A DNA stretch of 64,000 nt from positions 143,592,001 to 143,656,000 of the forward strand of contig CM068742.1 in assembly GCA_035084275.1 (NCBI GenBank), written 5' to 3'. The notes beneath the pieces are model-generated. The model ran no database searches. It was not told the DNA's origin and worked only from the letters and a program-made list of their open reading frames with translations. The stretch is from Hydrolagus colliei. Taxonomy: Eukaryota. Shown here in pieces: positions 13,808-26,750 of this stretch. The first letter of the stretch is position 1. Every line of letters begins with the position of its first letter. The position numbers and the translations under genes were made by a program.

Positions 13808-14172
13808 AGTATAATAATCCTTGCATTTGATATAGCGCTTTCCATGCCTTCTAGATGTCTCAAAGCACTTCATAGAATATACAGTACTGTAAAGTGAATT
13901 GACTGTATATTTGTGGGTGAAACACAACAGCCAATTGTGCACAGCAGTGTTCCACAAACCTTCATGGACTGAGTGACCAAATTATTTTGTTTTTTTGAGG
14001 GATTATTATCCCTGGAAAAGTGATTGGCCAATCGACTAACAACCGGGTTCCTAGTAGATATACAGAGCCTTGTGGAGTTAGGAAACTTTCCCAACATTTC
14101 ACCCTGCTGGGAATCAAACTCAGGTCCCTCAATTGTGAGTTGAGTGCTCTAACCACTGAGCTACAGAACTCC
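13808..14172 (-). mobile_element. SINE family A (long variant), full length
   Basis: A box TAGCTCAGTGG, B box GTTTGATTCC, CCTGCTGG/GGAAAGTTTCCTAACTCCAC block, Deu-like block, L2-type tail with (ATT)n. Confidence 0.85.
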
Positions 14173-14367
14173 GCATACATGAAAAAAATTTATGGTTCCA
14201 CACTGCAGTCAATGGGTTGCTTAACACGGCTCAGGTTTGCCTGTCTCATGTCTTCCCTGATGGACCAGCTCAAGGATTATCTGCCAACTTTAACCACCAC
14301 CTCCTAAATCCTCACAGAATTAGTCCTCATAAAATGTCAAACAACTTAGTAATAAGAAGTTGAATTG

Positions 14368-15160
14368 CAGGTCCCCGGTGGCTCAGAGGTTTTGTCCGTC
14401 AACAGTTGAATCATAGAGATCAAGGGAAGTCCCAGGTTCCATTCTTGCATTTGAGTTATTTAACTGATCCCATCCGTGCTTAGAATAAATGTGCCAATTC
14501 GCCCCAGGTAAGGGACAGGAAAATTTAGCTATGGTTCCTGCTCCTGATTGACATCTAACAACCCTCCTGGAGGATACATAATCATTCTAATAATCCTTGC
14601 ATTTGATACAGGGCCATATCACGTTGCCAAAACATCCCGCAGCGCTTCATAGAATTGTACTGTAAAGCGAAGTGACTGTGTTATTTGTAGGCAAACTCAG
14701 CAGCCAATTTGTGCACAGCAATGTCTCACGAACAGCGATGCAATGAATGGTCAACTCTACCTGGGGATTTTGAGGAACTCTCTTTTCTTTTGAAAGAGTG
14801 CCAGGGATCTTTAACATCTAACAACAACAACAACTTTGATTTATATAGCGCCCTCCACGCCGGACGGCATTTCAGAGCGCTTTAAACAGGCAGATGGGAC
14901 TTTGGTTTAATTTCTTGGTCGAACGACTGCTGCTCCAACACTGCATAGCACTCTCAGTATTGCATTGAGACACCATGGGATCTCCAATGTTATCCAGAAT
15001 TTGAACACGCATCTGGTGCACCTATGATGTCTCCCCCCACACCCTCTGTTCTAACCAGCCTGGTCAAATAACCTGCTAACAACTCACTGCAAAGGATCAC
15101 ACATAAATAATGGCCTATTTAGTAGAGGGTGACCGGCACCTTTGGAACATTATACAGTAC
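14368..15160 (+). mobile_element. LF-SINE-like element split by nested insertions (parts ~14368-14575 and ~15055-15160)
   Basis: GGAAGTCCCAGGTTCC...ATGGTTCCTGCTCCTGATTGACATCTAACAACCCTCCTGG, then GGTCAAATAACCTGCTAACAACTCACTGCAAAGGATCACACATAAATAATGGCC; collinear with recalled LF-SINE consensus. Confidence 0.6.
14580..14975 (-). mobile_element. Deu-SINE family B with nested L2 tail (14820-14884)
   Basis: CCTTGCATTTGATAC tail, CAGCCAATTTGTGCACAGCAA, GGGATCTTTAACATC|insert|AAACAGGCAGATGGGAC. Confidence 0.75.
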
Positions 15161-15410
15161 TTCAGTGCAAATAAAAAGGGCTAAACCATGAATACTGTAT
15201 TTTTTTTTTAAAAGTGCAATTTGTGTGCAATGAAATTAAACAACAACACTTAAAAAAAAATCTTAGAATAATGTTCATTTCACACCTCGATTTCTTCATT
15301 CAGTAAAATAATAATATAATAATAATACTAATAATAGAAGCAAGGTTTAAAAACTTTTTATTGTTTGTCACCAGGCTTTTAACTGCTTGTAACTGAAAAG
15401 ACTTGCATAT

Positions 15411-15962
15411 CATAGAATCATAGAATTATACGGCACAAAAGGAGGCCATTCAGCCCATCTAGTCTTTGCCGGCTCTTTGAACAGAGCAACTCAATCCCAC
15501 TGCCCAGCTTTCTCCCCATAACCTAATAGACCTGTTCTTCCTAAATAAAGATCTAGTTCCCTTTTAAAAGTTGTTATGGAATCTGCCTTCACCACCTTTT
15601 CAGGCAATGCATTCCAGATTCGAACAACCCGCTGAGTAAAAAAATTTCTCCTCGGCTCCCCTCTACTTCATTTTGAAACTATTTAAAATCTGTGACCACG
15701 AGTCACTGATTCGCCCACCAGTGGAAACAGTCTTTCCCAATTCACCCTGTCGAAACCTCTCATAACCTTATAAACCTCTATTAGGTCTCCTCTCAATCTT
15801 CTTTGTTCTATAGAGAATAAGCCTAGCCTATCTAGCCTTTCCTCGTAGCTGAAGTCCCTCATTCCTGGTATCATCCTAGTAAATCTCCTCTGCACCCTTT
15901 CAATACCTTAATATCCTTCCTAAAGTGTAGTGACCAGAATTGTACACAGTACTCCAGCTGAT
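15411..15962 (-). mobile_element. CR1 LINE 3' end (RT C-terminal remnant and 3'UTR)
   Basis: ORF 15683-15895 QRRFTRMIPGMRDFSYEERLDRLGLFSIEQRRLRGDLIEVYK..RG.D....LF.....TRGH is the diagnostic CR1 ORF2 end; (GATTCTAT)n tail. Confidence 0.95.
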
Positions 15963-16232
15963 GGGACTGTTGAAGAGGAGGATCTTGAGGCAGGATTTGA
16001 AGGAGGCTAGGGAGGGTGTGAGGTGGAAGTACTATGGGATGGAGTTCCAAAGATTGGGGACAGAGTGGCTGAAGGCTCGCCCGGCAGTGGTGGGTGAGTA
16101 GGGTGACGTGGAGCAGGCCGGAGCCTGCTAAGTGGACGGGGCGGACAGGTTGGTAGGGGGTTAGAAGGTCGCAGAGGTAGGGTGGGGCGAGGCCATGGGG
16201 GGGCTTTGCAGGTGAGGACCAGTATGGTCATA
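15963..16232 (-). mobile_element. L2 LINE internal 3' fragment
   Basis: ILVLTCKA and FSHSVPNLWNSIP-like translation; similar to 5799-6165 and 36795-37290. Confidence 0.8.
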
Positions 16233-16877
16233 CTGCTGGTCATAACAGTATACATTCATAACACTGAATTTAAGAATTTTTCCTGAATTCTGGGTGATTG
16301 CAAATTTTGAGACAAAATGCCTTATTTTACAAGGTGATATTTCAAGCCTCATCAGGTGGTTTGAAGTTTAAAGTGAACGATAATAATAACAATCCTTGAA
16401 TTTGATGCAGCACCTTATCAGACTATCAAAATGTCTCAAAGCACTTCACAGGATTTACTGTGTAGTGACTGTTTATTTGTCGGTGATCTAATGCAATGTT
16501 CTCCCTCATTGCTGCTGAGTATATTTGTTTATCTGTTGTTTGTGGTTTGCGTGTATTTTTACCGTGCAAAGTGACTGTATCACTGACTCAGCAGTTCCTT
16601 GCTCACTCTTTGCGGTGTCAAGTTAGAAGCGGTGAATGAAACAGGGAGTCTTTCAGAGTGAGGCAGAGCTGAGATAAGTTTGCAAGATGAGTGAGAACAT
16701 ACGGCTACGTTTCCCTCGGCCACTCGGGCAGAAAAATTAGAAACTTATCAAACCCCAGGTCATTTCTGCAAGGAAAATGTAAAACAACTAGGTGCTGTAA
16801 AGTAGAAATTTGCAACAGAAAATAACGCATCTGCGATAAACTCACATTTCCTCACAGGATCAGAAAAAAACATCCTC

Positions 16878-17325
16878 TATGGTACTAGAAATCAGGGACT
16901 TGAGTTATGTGGTGAGACTAGAGAAGTTGGAATTGTTCTTCTTGAAGCAGACAAGGTTAAGGGAAGATTTAATAGGGTTGTTCAAAATTATGAGGGGATT
17001 TGATGAGAGCGAACAGGGAGAAACTGTTTCCATTGGTGGGTCGGTTGGTAACCTGAGGACATAGATTTAAGATAGTTGTCAAAATAACCAGAGGGGTAAT
17101 GGGGAGAAGTTTTTTCACAGCGAATTGCTCGGATCAGGAATGCATTTAACTGAAAGGGGTGGAAGCAGATTCGATAACAATTTTCAAGGGAGAAGTGGAT
17201 AGATATTTGGGGAGGACAAATTTGCAAGGCTAAGGGGAGAGAGCGGGGGAGAGAGATTGATTTGGACAGCTCTTTCAAGAGCCGGCATGGGCCAAATGAC
17301 CTTCCTCTGTGCTATATAATTGTAT
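16878..17325 (+). mobile_element. CR1 LINE 3' fragment
   Basis: IRDLSYVVRLEKLELFFLKQTRLREDLIGLFKIMRGFD, then CR1 3'UTR GGGCCAAATGACCTTCCTCTGTGCT. Confidence 0.9.
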
Positions 17326-17335
17326 GTGCAATCTG

Positions 17336-17647
17336 ATAATAATCTTTGCATTTGATATAGCGCTTTTCACGTCTTCGAGATGTCTCAAAGCGCTTCACAG
17401 AATATACAGTAAAGTGAATTGACCGTATATTTGTGCACGAAACGAGGCAGCCAATTGCACAAAGCATAGTCCCACAAACAGTCATGGATTGAAATAACCA
17501 ATTTTATTATTGGTTTTTTTGGAGGCATTATTATTAGGTGTGTGGAGTGGGGAAACTTGGCTAAGGTTTTGCCCTGACCTGCCTGGATTCGAACACAGGT
17601 CTCACGCTTGTAAGATAAGTGCTCTAACCACTGAGCTACAGGACTCC
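17336..17647 (-). mobile_element. SINE family A (short variant), full length
   Basis: GGAGTCCTGTAGCTCAGTGGTTAGAGCAC...GTTCGAATCC pol III A/B boxes; Deu-like block; tail. Confidence 0.92.
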
Positions 17648-18269
17648 ACAGAGATGATGTCCACTGGAACCACTTCTCCCTCCCTGCCCCCCCCTCCCTC
17701 CCCACCAACATTAATATCTATAGTATATAACTGCCTCGTTTCCTCAGTTCACACTGGTAGTTATTATCAAATGTATAGATCTGAAATGTTCGGAGTATCT
17801 CGGTTCTATGTATGCTAACAATAGGGTTCAAGAAGCAAAACAGGAATAGAGACAGTGGAGACAGCAACTGGGTTAATGTCACACATGCCCATGTGTGATG
17901 AATGTTTATTCCCTAGTTTAGATTTCAGATGGCAACCGAATCACCTCAAGGAAACACCAAGACACAACGAGGAACAGAGATGAGCTTTCACATTTGTTAA
18001 AATCTTCAGTTAACAGTTAACAATTTATGTAACAATTTTTAAATCTTCATTAACAGTTTTTTTAAAAATTATAGAAATGTAAACTTGTATTGTATTGTAA
18101 CCTATTTTTGAACCAGATGGAAAAGTATCCTTGTTGCAAAATTGGAATATAAACTATGAAATTTGTTTTATTGTTTTCTTGCTCTGCCACCAAGACAGCA
18201 TTGACTCTTTCTGGCACAAACAATATAATCTTTTAAATTCAGCAGTGTTTCTTTACTGTTCCTTCCAGA

Positions 18270-18705
18270 CCCAAGCGCTCTGAGATGCTGCCCCATGTGA
18301 AGGGCACTATATAATTGCAAGTTGTTGCGGTCGTTTTCTCCCTCCCGTGCTCTCTGCTCTTCCACTGCTCATGTCTCATTCCCTCAGTCCCACCGTCAGT
18401 GGCCAAGGCATCATCAGCTAATGCTCCACTATGTGGAACTCTTTCATACAGTCCTGTTGCTTGGCTCCTTCTCTCAAGTGTTCAAAACCCTCTTAAAAGC
18501 TCTTTGATCGTGTTTTCTCAACACTCAGCAAAGAGGAGAGGAGGAAGAAGTGTTTGAGGGTGAAGCATTGAAACATTTTCAATAGCTTTCTCTTCAACCG
18601 TTCTTTTAGCCCTCCCCACCCAGCTCACCAACCAGCTGTGGAAAGCGCTTTGAGACATCCTCCTAACTTGAAAGGCACTGCATTAATATAAATTGAGGTT
18701 GCTGT
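18270..18705 (+). mobile_element. L2 tail and decayed L2 3' fragments
   Basis: AGCGCTCTGAGATGCTGCCCCATGTGAAGGGCACTATATAATTGCAAGTTGTTG; APLCGTL/FKTLLK remnants; second tail ~18640-18705. Confidence 0.7.
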
Positions 18706-19496
18706 TCAACCTATTATAAACATAATAAGTATACTTTGGTATTACTGCTGAGGGGAAAATGTGCATCAATCCTTACTCCTTTCCTGGTGCTAATGAACAC
18801 AAGGAACAGTTTAAAAACTTTGCATACCCCCACATACCCCCACTGTATCACATGCTTAAATATTCAATTTCAGTACGTGGGAAAAGTTAACAAGATCATC
18901 ACTGTGTACTAGAAGTTAAAATGAGAAGCTCACTTGATAACCACAATACAGGTACTGCATTCACTCTGCCCGCATATTGAAAGGAAGCATTACATTTGTG
19001 GTCATGACCTTAAAGAAAATACTGTTACCTGCAAACATGGCCATGAAACATTGGTTCAAGCAGAAAAAATCTTCCACAAAAACATGGCTATCACTGACTC
19101 ATGGAAATACTAACAACCTTTCAAGACTCTGCATTGTGTGAAAATTCATTAGTTGCATCCCTGACTGTAGCTGTTTACTTTAGCTTCTAGCTTGCAGCTT
19201 GAAATGGGTTACGCACATCAATGCAAGTCTGCACAATGCTGTGGTTTTAGCAGTTGACATGCACAATATCACTGTATTTGACAAACCATCACTGTCAAGG
19301 ACAGCGAAGTGCTTTTCGGGGCAGATGCTTTCTTGAAGAATAAAACCTCAATGGGATTGGAACAATAAAGATAACTTGAGCTTTTCTAATACCAGGAATA
19401 ATAAATGCTTCATCATGTTTTTGGTGAAAGCTCATTATTAATTTAAATCAAAGGTAATGGGGATGGTTAGACTGTCTTGTTCCAGCAGAATGTTTT

Positions 19497-19561
19497 CAGT
19501 GCCTTGGGACGTCCTCCCGACATGAAAGGCGCTCTACAAATGTAATTTTGTTGTTGTTGTT
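19497..19561 (+). mobile_element. extremely 5'-truncated L2 tail
   Basis: GCCTTGGGACGTCCTCCCGACATGAAAGGCGCTCTACAAATGTAATTTTG(TTG)n, near-identical to 42584-42651. Confidence 0.9.
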
Positions 19562-19615
19562 TATGGAATAAACATGGTCAGAAATGCTGGTGCTGATTGG
19601 CAAGCAAACTTTCCT

Positions 19616-19912
19616 TAATAATAATCCTCGCATTTGATACAGCACTTTTCATGTCTTCTAGACATATCAAAGCGCTTCACAGAATATTCTGTAAAGTTAA
19701 TTGACTGTATATATTTGTGGGCGAAACACGCAGCCATTTGCAGTCCCACATCAGTCGTGGATTAAGTGACAACATTTTCATATTTTTTCTTGAAGGATTA
19801 TTAGCAGGCATGTGGAGTAAGGAAACTTGACAAAGGTTTTGCTCTGCTGGGAATGTAACCCAGGTCTCTCGCTTGCGAGGTGAGTGCTCTAACCACTGAG
19901 CTACAGGACTCC
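19616..19912 (-). mobile_element. SINE family A (short variant), full length
   Basis: same head, body and tail as 17336-17647. Confidence 0.9.
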
Positions 19913-21560
19913 ATATACACATCCTATGGACCTGAGATCAAACATGATCTCAATAATAATAACCCTGGCATTTGATATGGCGCCTTATCAGGTCAAAGCA
20001 CTTCTGTAACATCCATCTAACCAATTCCACAAAACTGCCATGAAGTGTCAGCCTAGACTATAAATTCAAAGTCCTCAACTTAATTTATCAAAAACTATCT
20101 GCTGCAGAGTGTTATAAAGTAATCTTTGCATTTCAGATAGCACCTTATCATGTCATGAAAACAGCTCAAAGAGTTTCACAGGGTTTACTGTAAAGTGCAA
20201 TGACTGTATTTGGAGGCAAATCCCATAGATAATATGCATACAACAATGATCCACAAACAGCCAAATGTATGTCCAATTTTATCTTGAGGGAAGTTGGCTT
20301 GGATACCAGGAGAAACGCCCTTATCTTTTCGATTAGTGCCACGGGATTTTTTAACATCTACCTGAGCAAGCAGCCAGAATCTCTTTTTGATAAATGACGT
20401 GCTACCAATTAAGCAGAGCTGGCACCAACTGGATGACCTAAAGTGGATAAGACACACTGCTCTTGGTCTAAACAAGAGTTGACTGCAAGACTGGAAAAGA
20501 GACAATTTGCGTGCAGTCCCAGGATGGGATACTATTATATGAGAGTGGATGCAGAATAGCCAGGCAGCTGGACAGTTAGAGAAACTGTGTAAACATGGTG
20601 TGAATCCAAATGTCACAAATAATTGGCTGACATACAACGCGATTATTCAGAGGTGTATATCTCTCAAGCATCCTTAAGCAAAAAATCAGGGAGAACAGTC
20701 TTTTAAGCCAGTTTCTTGGAGGTCAGCAATAATACTAATGCTTAATAGCATTTGATATTATGCCATGTCACTTTGCTGCCCTTCACAGGATTTTTTCTCT
20801 GAAGTATAGTGACTGTGTAATGTAGGCAAACACCATTTTGTGCATAGCAATGTCCCTAAGAGAGCAAAAAAGTTGATGACCAATTTCCTTTGGGGGATAT
20901 TTGTCCAAAAATCTATGTGTGAAAAAAATGACAATGAGTCATCCTGTCTAGTCTTGATTATTGTGTATCTACATCAACTATCTCAGATTGGTGCATCCCA
21001 CGCATTATCTACTAGAATGATAGGAGTACAAATCATTTAAAGATTCGGAAATACAGAGATGAGACCTTTATGGTTGATGTATGTCAATTTTATCTTTCAA
21101 TTAGTTTCAGAAATTGACAACTAACTTTGATACTGTGTGTGCGTGTGGTCGGTCTGAGGTGCTGTGGGTAATCTGTTTGCAAGGCAAAGGATCATCTTAG
21201 ATCATTTGCAGGAGCCGTTTAAAGTGTAGCATCAATGACGGTGGAAACAAGACACCAAGGGAAATAGATAACACACATTGCTGGCAAGCTTCATAATATA
21301 CTCGCACTTTAGCTCACCTTAACACATCCTTACCAAGGCCCTTTGGCAAATTTATGCAATATTCTATTAGCATGCCTCATAATTTCATTGATAGGTGGGA
21401 GGCTTGAGAAAATAATGTATTCACTAGAGCAAACTTGAAAAGTGATTGACTGAGGACACAACTAAATGCATGGACTGGGAATATCACGAGTGGACAGACC
21501 ACCGTGGGATATTTTATCATGATCCATGTTCGATTCAGCTCTTCATTTGGTGTATTTAGA

Positions 21561-22146
21561 TAATATAATAATTCTTGCATTTGATATCGCGCTTTTCATG
21601 TCTTCTAGATGTCTCAAAGCGCTTCACGGGATATACTGTAAAATGAATTGACTGTATATTTGTGGGTGAAACGTGGCAGCCAACTGTACACAGCGGTGTC
21701 CCTACAAACAGTCATGGATTGAAATGACCAAATTATTATTCTTTTTTTTGAGGGATCATTATTACCCCTCCCCTTGCCATCTTACCCCTCCCCTTGCCAT
21801 TTTACCACCCCCTTTTTCCTTAATCCCACTTTCATGATTGTTTGTGGGACACTGCTGTGCGCAATTTGGCTGCCGCGTTTCGCCCACAAATATACAGTCA
21901 ATTTTCTTACTCTTCTTCGTCCTGCCTCTCCCTCTCCCCCCTGCTCTTGTCCCTACCTGACTGTACAGCGCCTTGGGATGTCCTCTCAATGTGAAAGGCG
22001 CTATATAAATGCAAGTTTTGATTGATTGATTGATTGATAGGCGTGTGAAGTAAGGAAACTTGCTCAAGGTTTCACCCTGCCAGGAATCAAACCCAGGTCT
22101 CTCGCTTATAAGGCAAGTGCTTTAACCACTGAGCTATACGACTTCA
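21561..22146 (-). mobile_element. SINE family A interrupted by an opposite-strand insertion (21764-22038)
   Basis: tail and Deu block 21561-21763; head resumes TAGGCGTGTGAAGTAAGGAAACTTG at ~22038. Confidence 0.88.
21764..22038 (+). mobile_element. composite Deu-block / L2-tail retroposon, 5'-truncated (family C)
   Basis: pyrimidine spacer, GTTTGTGGGACACTGCTGTGCGCAATTTGGCTGCCGCGTTTCGCCCACAAATATACAGTC, L2 stem-loop and (GATT)n tail; second copy at 29147-29514. Confidence 0.75.
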
Positions 22147-22149
22147 TTT

Positions 22150-22670
22150 ATCCTAAAGAGCATCACAGAATTTACTGCAAAATTTACTGGGTAGTTGAAG
22201 GAAAGCACAGCAGTCAATTTGCGAACAATAAATGCCTCCAACAACCAGGAAGTGAATCACCAATTTTATCTGGATTGATGGACATAAAGAGAAACTCCCT
22301 TCTCTTTTTAAATTGTGCTATAGGATCCCCCATGCTTGGGTTGTGATCCCCGATTATTCAGCTCTTTGGGACGTCCCCACCACCCCGATGTAAAAGGCTA
22401 TTTACAAATATAATTTTGTTGTTGTTGTTTAACATCTACCTGATCAGGCAGATGGGACCTCAGTTTAATATTTCATCCAAAGATCATTGCCACTTAACAA
22501 TGTGGCTTTCTCCTGCATTGCACCCCCATGAACAGCGCTATACAAATGTAACTTTGTTGTTGTTGCACTGTAATGTCAGGCAAGATTATGAACTGAAAAT
22601 CCCAATGTAGGGCTTGAACCTGCAACCTTCTGACTCAGGAGGTAAGAGTACCACCAACTGAGCCAGACTT
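22150..22670 (-). mobile_element. decayed Deu-SINE family B with two nested L2 tails (~22360-22430, ~22520-22565)
   Basis: GGCTTGAACCTGCAACCTTCTGACTCAG...CCAACTGAGCCA head; GGCAGATGGGACCTCAGTTTAATATTTCATCC core. Confidence 0.7.
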
Positions 22671-23639
22671 ACACATTAGTGCAATAACCATTTTGTGTGG
22701 CAGATGCTATATGTTATCTATGCCTTGTCTGGACTAGATACTGGAGTGGTTCTGTGTCTTACCAGCTTTTACTATATTCGCAAAGTGTTCTGTCTCAGAC
22801 TATGTGATGCACCAAGTGACTAACCACAAAAACAGTAAACAAGAAGGTTTAAAAAAAGTCACTAAATTTAATTAAAATTTAAATCAAAAATGCAATCATA
22901 ACATTGTATTCTATTGTGGGTGGAAACAGTTAATTTTTTAGTGCAGCAAATATGTTTGTTGTAAAGTCAGGGGTTATTGTAATGTCAAATTGTAGTATTT
23001 CATCAATGTGAAATGATGTTTTCTTCTGATTCCACCTCCCACCACCCCCTTCCCTTCCCTCTGTGTGACTGCCAGAGTATTCACGTAGACAATAATCTTA
23101 AATATAGCAACACACTGTGCTGAGAGGTCTCAGAGGCCTCTTGTTCCCCTGCAGAGAACATCTCTGTGGTTTTGAAAGATGTTCTGTATGTTTACCAAGC
23201 TCAGGATGTGCGTCATCTTCTCAAGTTACACGCACATTTTTAAATGCTTAGCAGCAATGCTGACTCTTCATGAGGCGTCTTTTCTCCAACTCCTACCTTC
23301 CTCTTGCAGACTGCTTACTAATATTTGTTGGTGTGTTTTCCCCTCCTTCCCCACACATCTATCTCCTCTCAATCTGAGATGTAACTTTCCATTCATCAAG
23401 TAGTATTGATGCCACTTATCTGAATTCATGTAGGAAGAGGTGTAATCCAAGTGGGTTAGGAGCAGATCTTCCAATGGAGATGAAAAGGCCTCCAGCGTAC
23501 ATAGGATTACGTTGACCGAGATGATGGCTGTGATGACAAATGGGGTGAAGAGGTCAATTTACCTGGGGGGGAAGGGGGAGTTTGGGTAGCGGGCTTGTTG
23601 ACTGGGAGAAACCTCCCTTAAATGGAGTCATGGGATCTA

Positions 23640-24028
23640 CCTTTGGTAATATAAAGACCACTGCTATCAATGCCTACTAAGCAAGAAGACCCAGGTTTGA
23701 GTCCTGGGCAGGGTGAAACCTTAGGCAAGTTTCCTTACTCCACACACTACTGTTTACCAAGCAGTAAATTGGAACTGAGTTGTTAGGTCGACTGGCAGAT
23801 TGTTGACCAGGGATAACTATCCATTAAAAAAATTAATAAAAATAACAATTTGATTATTCAATCCATGACTGTTTTTGGTCCACTGCTGTGCAATTAATTG
23901 ACTGCTGCATTTTGCCTGCAAAATATACAGTCAATTCATTTTGCAGTATTTTCTGTGAAGCGCTTGGCAACGGCTCCATGATTTGGTAAGTCGCTATATT
24001 AAATGCAAAGATTATCATTATTATTACT
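23640..24028 (+). mobile_element. SINE family A (long variant)
   Basis: GGTTTGAGTCC B box, CCTTAGGCAAGTTTCCTTACTCCACAC, extra CTGTTTACCAAGCAGTAAATTGGAAC segment, tail. Confidence 0.8.
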
Positions 24029-26750
24029 ACCAAACAGCCTCTCCTGGCAAACTGACAATGTAAATTTGCAGCAAGAAGCTCCTCTCCTGTGCCAGATCGC
24101 TGGCAGAAGTGCACATCTGCTAGCAGTCTTCATCAGGCATCTCGCAGGCCCTCCTTATTACGCAACGCCACATCTGGTTGACAGCAGTGCAAAGTCACAC
24201 AGAAAGATAGTAATTTTAAAAACCATGCAAAGGGTTTGATGTGGTTTAAGTGGTCTATCGCTAAAAATAATAGCAGCCCTAACTGAGCCGTATTGGAAAA
24301 ACACACAAAAAATTATTATATCCTCAACATGCCAATGCATTGTTAATATGAGAGTGAATTACAGAGCATTGTGACAGTGTGGAGCCAGAGGCTGTTAGAC
24401 AGACATCTACTTTATAGGCCTATGAAATATAATTACTAACCATCAACAGCTGTATATCGAAAGCATGCTTTTGTTATTTTCATTTTATTTCAAACAAATG
24501 TCTTGAAGCTATAAGTAAAAGTGGCAGTGACTGCAATTTTTAAAAAACTTTGTTAACTAGCTTTAAAGACACGATCACTCTGCTGGAATGCATTTGTGTG
24601 CTGACACCGTGTTCAAGCCAACAATAAAAACTTGCTGTTATATATCATCCTGCACTCTGGACGGCATCCCGGAGCGCTTAAAACTAGTCCATTTCTCCCT
24701 TACCAACACTCACCGTGTGGGACTTTGTTGAACGCATTTGCTTACAAACACATTCAACAGTAATTATTGCAATGCACTTTGAGACTGTCAATATTATAGG
24801 CTCTATCAAAACACATGCTCATTTTTATTTACTCTTGGCCAGACCTGGGTGTCTCTGAACACTCAATCGCACAGGAATATTTCTGCAGTAACACGCATGA
24901 ATTCAATACAGTTCATATGGTTAAATTGGTTGCAATACCAACAAAGCCAGAAAGACACTTAGGGAATGAACCACCAAACAACTGAGAGGAAATCAAACAC
25001 TAATTTTGTGAGTGTATTAGTAGAATTTATGGTGTTCACTTGTGTGAATTCTCATCTATCAGGATTTGTGTATAATGATAAATAATATTTGCATTTGATA
25101 TAGTGCCTTATTATGTCTTTGAGATGTTTCAAAGCGCTTCACCGAATATACTGTCAAGTGAATTGATCGTATATTTTGTAGGAGAAAATAGATACCCTCT
25201 GATAACAACGGTCGTAGACAAGATAGTGTTTCCCCACAACACAATGCTTCACGTCAATTGTAAAGCAATAAATTCTGATCCTTGGGCAATAGTGCACTAA
25301 ACATTGCGTAAAAAAGCTCTCAGCTTTTCTGGCTTTACTTTATAAGGGTTTGGAATCCTCCTTGATCTGCACCAACAATTTCTAACTTGATTGCAATTCC
25401 ACAACTCACTAAAAACTGAATTGAGTGTTCCAACAATACTTTCAAGAAAAGGACTTTAAAAACGGTACACCAAAATAGTTCAACAAAATTGCCTAAAATG
25501 AGTAACTTTTGTGGCATGATCTAGACTGACACTTGAATGCACTGCTGGGGAGCGTTGTGCTGGTAGAGGTGTTGTCCTTCAGATGAGCTGGTAAATTTTT
25601 TGAAAAAAGTGAATCTCTTCTGCCTATCTTGCATAACAACCTGCCAGATTTATTTATTTATTTATTAAATTCATAGATAATTCTGAGAGATTACTGTGCA
25701 AAAATTAACTGCCACATTCTCCTACAAATACCATTAGTGCACATTCCAGGAATTTCTGTGAAGCGCTTTGAGATGTCTTGACAACATGATAAGCACTATA
25801 TCTAATGCCACATGCAAGGGTTATTATTAGTAGTATTTATTTACAAATACTGCTGTTCACACTCCCCAGATTACATGATAATATTAAGAATCCTTGAATT
25901 TGATACAACTCATAACTTTGAAATATCTCAAAGCGCTTCACAAGTAATTGCTTCCAGTAACTGTAGTTTTAAGCAACCACATCAGCCAATTTGCACACAG
26001 CAAGGTCCCCACACAAAATAAAACAGTGAATGAACAATTTATATGAAAGATTGTTAGCCAGGGCTGGGAAATAGCATTTCATTCAAAGTCAGTACCCCTG
26101 ACATTGTACCATTCTGTCAGCCAACAATGAAGATTCAGTTTAGACTGGTTTTAATACAACAAGCTGGTTTGTGATTAACTATATGAGCTTTAACCTTCTT
26201 TAAAAGTTGTGCATTTACATATTAATCAGGTTTTGCTGACACTCAGTTTGTAAACAAAGATGGCATGAATCTCAGACACTACTTTTTATTAAAAACACTC
26301 TTAAAACTAAATGCGCTTTTTGGCAAGTGAATTAGCAGATATACACTGAAGCTGCCAAATCTACATTAGGAGGCAGATTTGCCAAATACTCAGTGTTCAA
26401 CATCATAAAAGGAAACAAAATGATTTCTTGGAAACCTAAAAAAAGCATCAGATTTGAAGAGAAAGAATCAAAATTCCAGTAATTTGGTGTAAATCGGTTG
26501 GGGCTCTGTAATTGCAAGTTCAGTTGCACAAATCAAACTATAGTACCGCTAAATTTTTCAACATAACTTCTAATTTCTGGCAACTCAGTTGTTCGTTCCT
26601 GGTGAATAACTCTCAGCATTGTCCAAATCACCATCACTGAACGTTTCAACAATCGCAAGAAAATGATTATTGGTCACTGTGCATATCTGCAGAATATCAT
26701 TCAACACAAAATGGCACTGTAGTCATGACTGAAGGAAATCGGGGACTTTA

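Noticed and set aside
23155-23243. Plus-strand terminal exon candidate after CCCCTGCAG (ENISVVLKDVLYVYQAQDVRHLLKLHAHF-stop)
   Set aside because: No upstream partner exons or homology recognised; such acceptors arise often by chance
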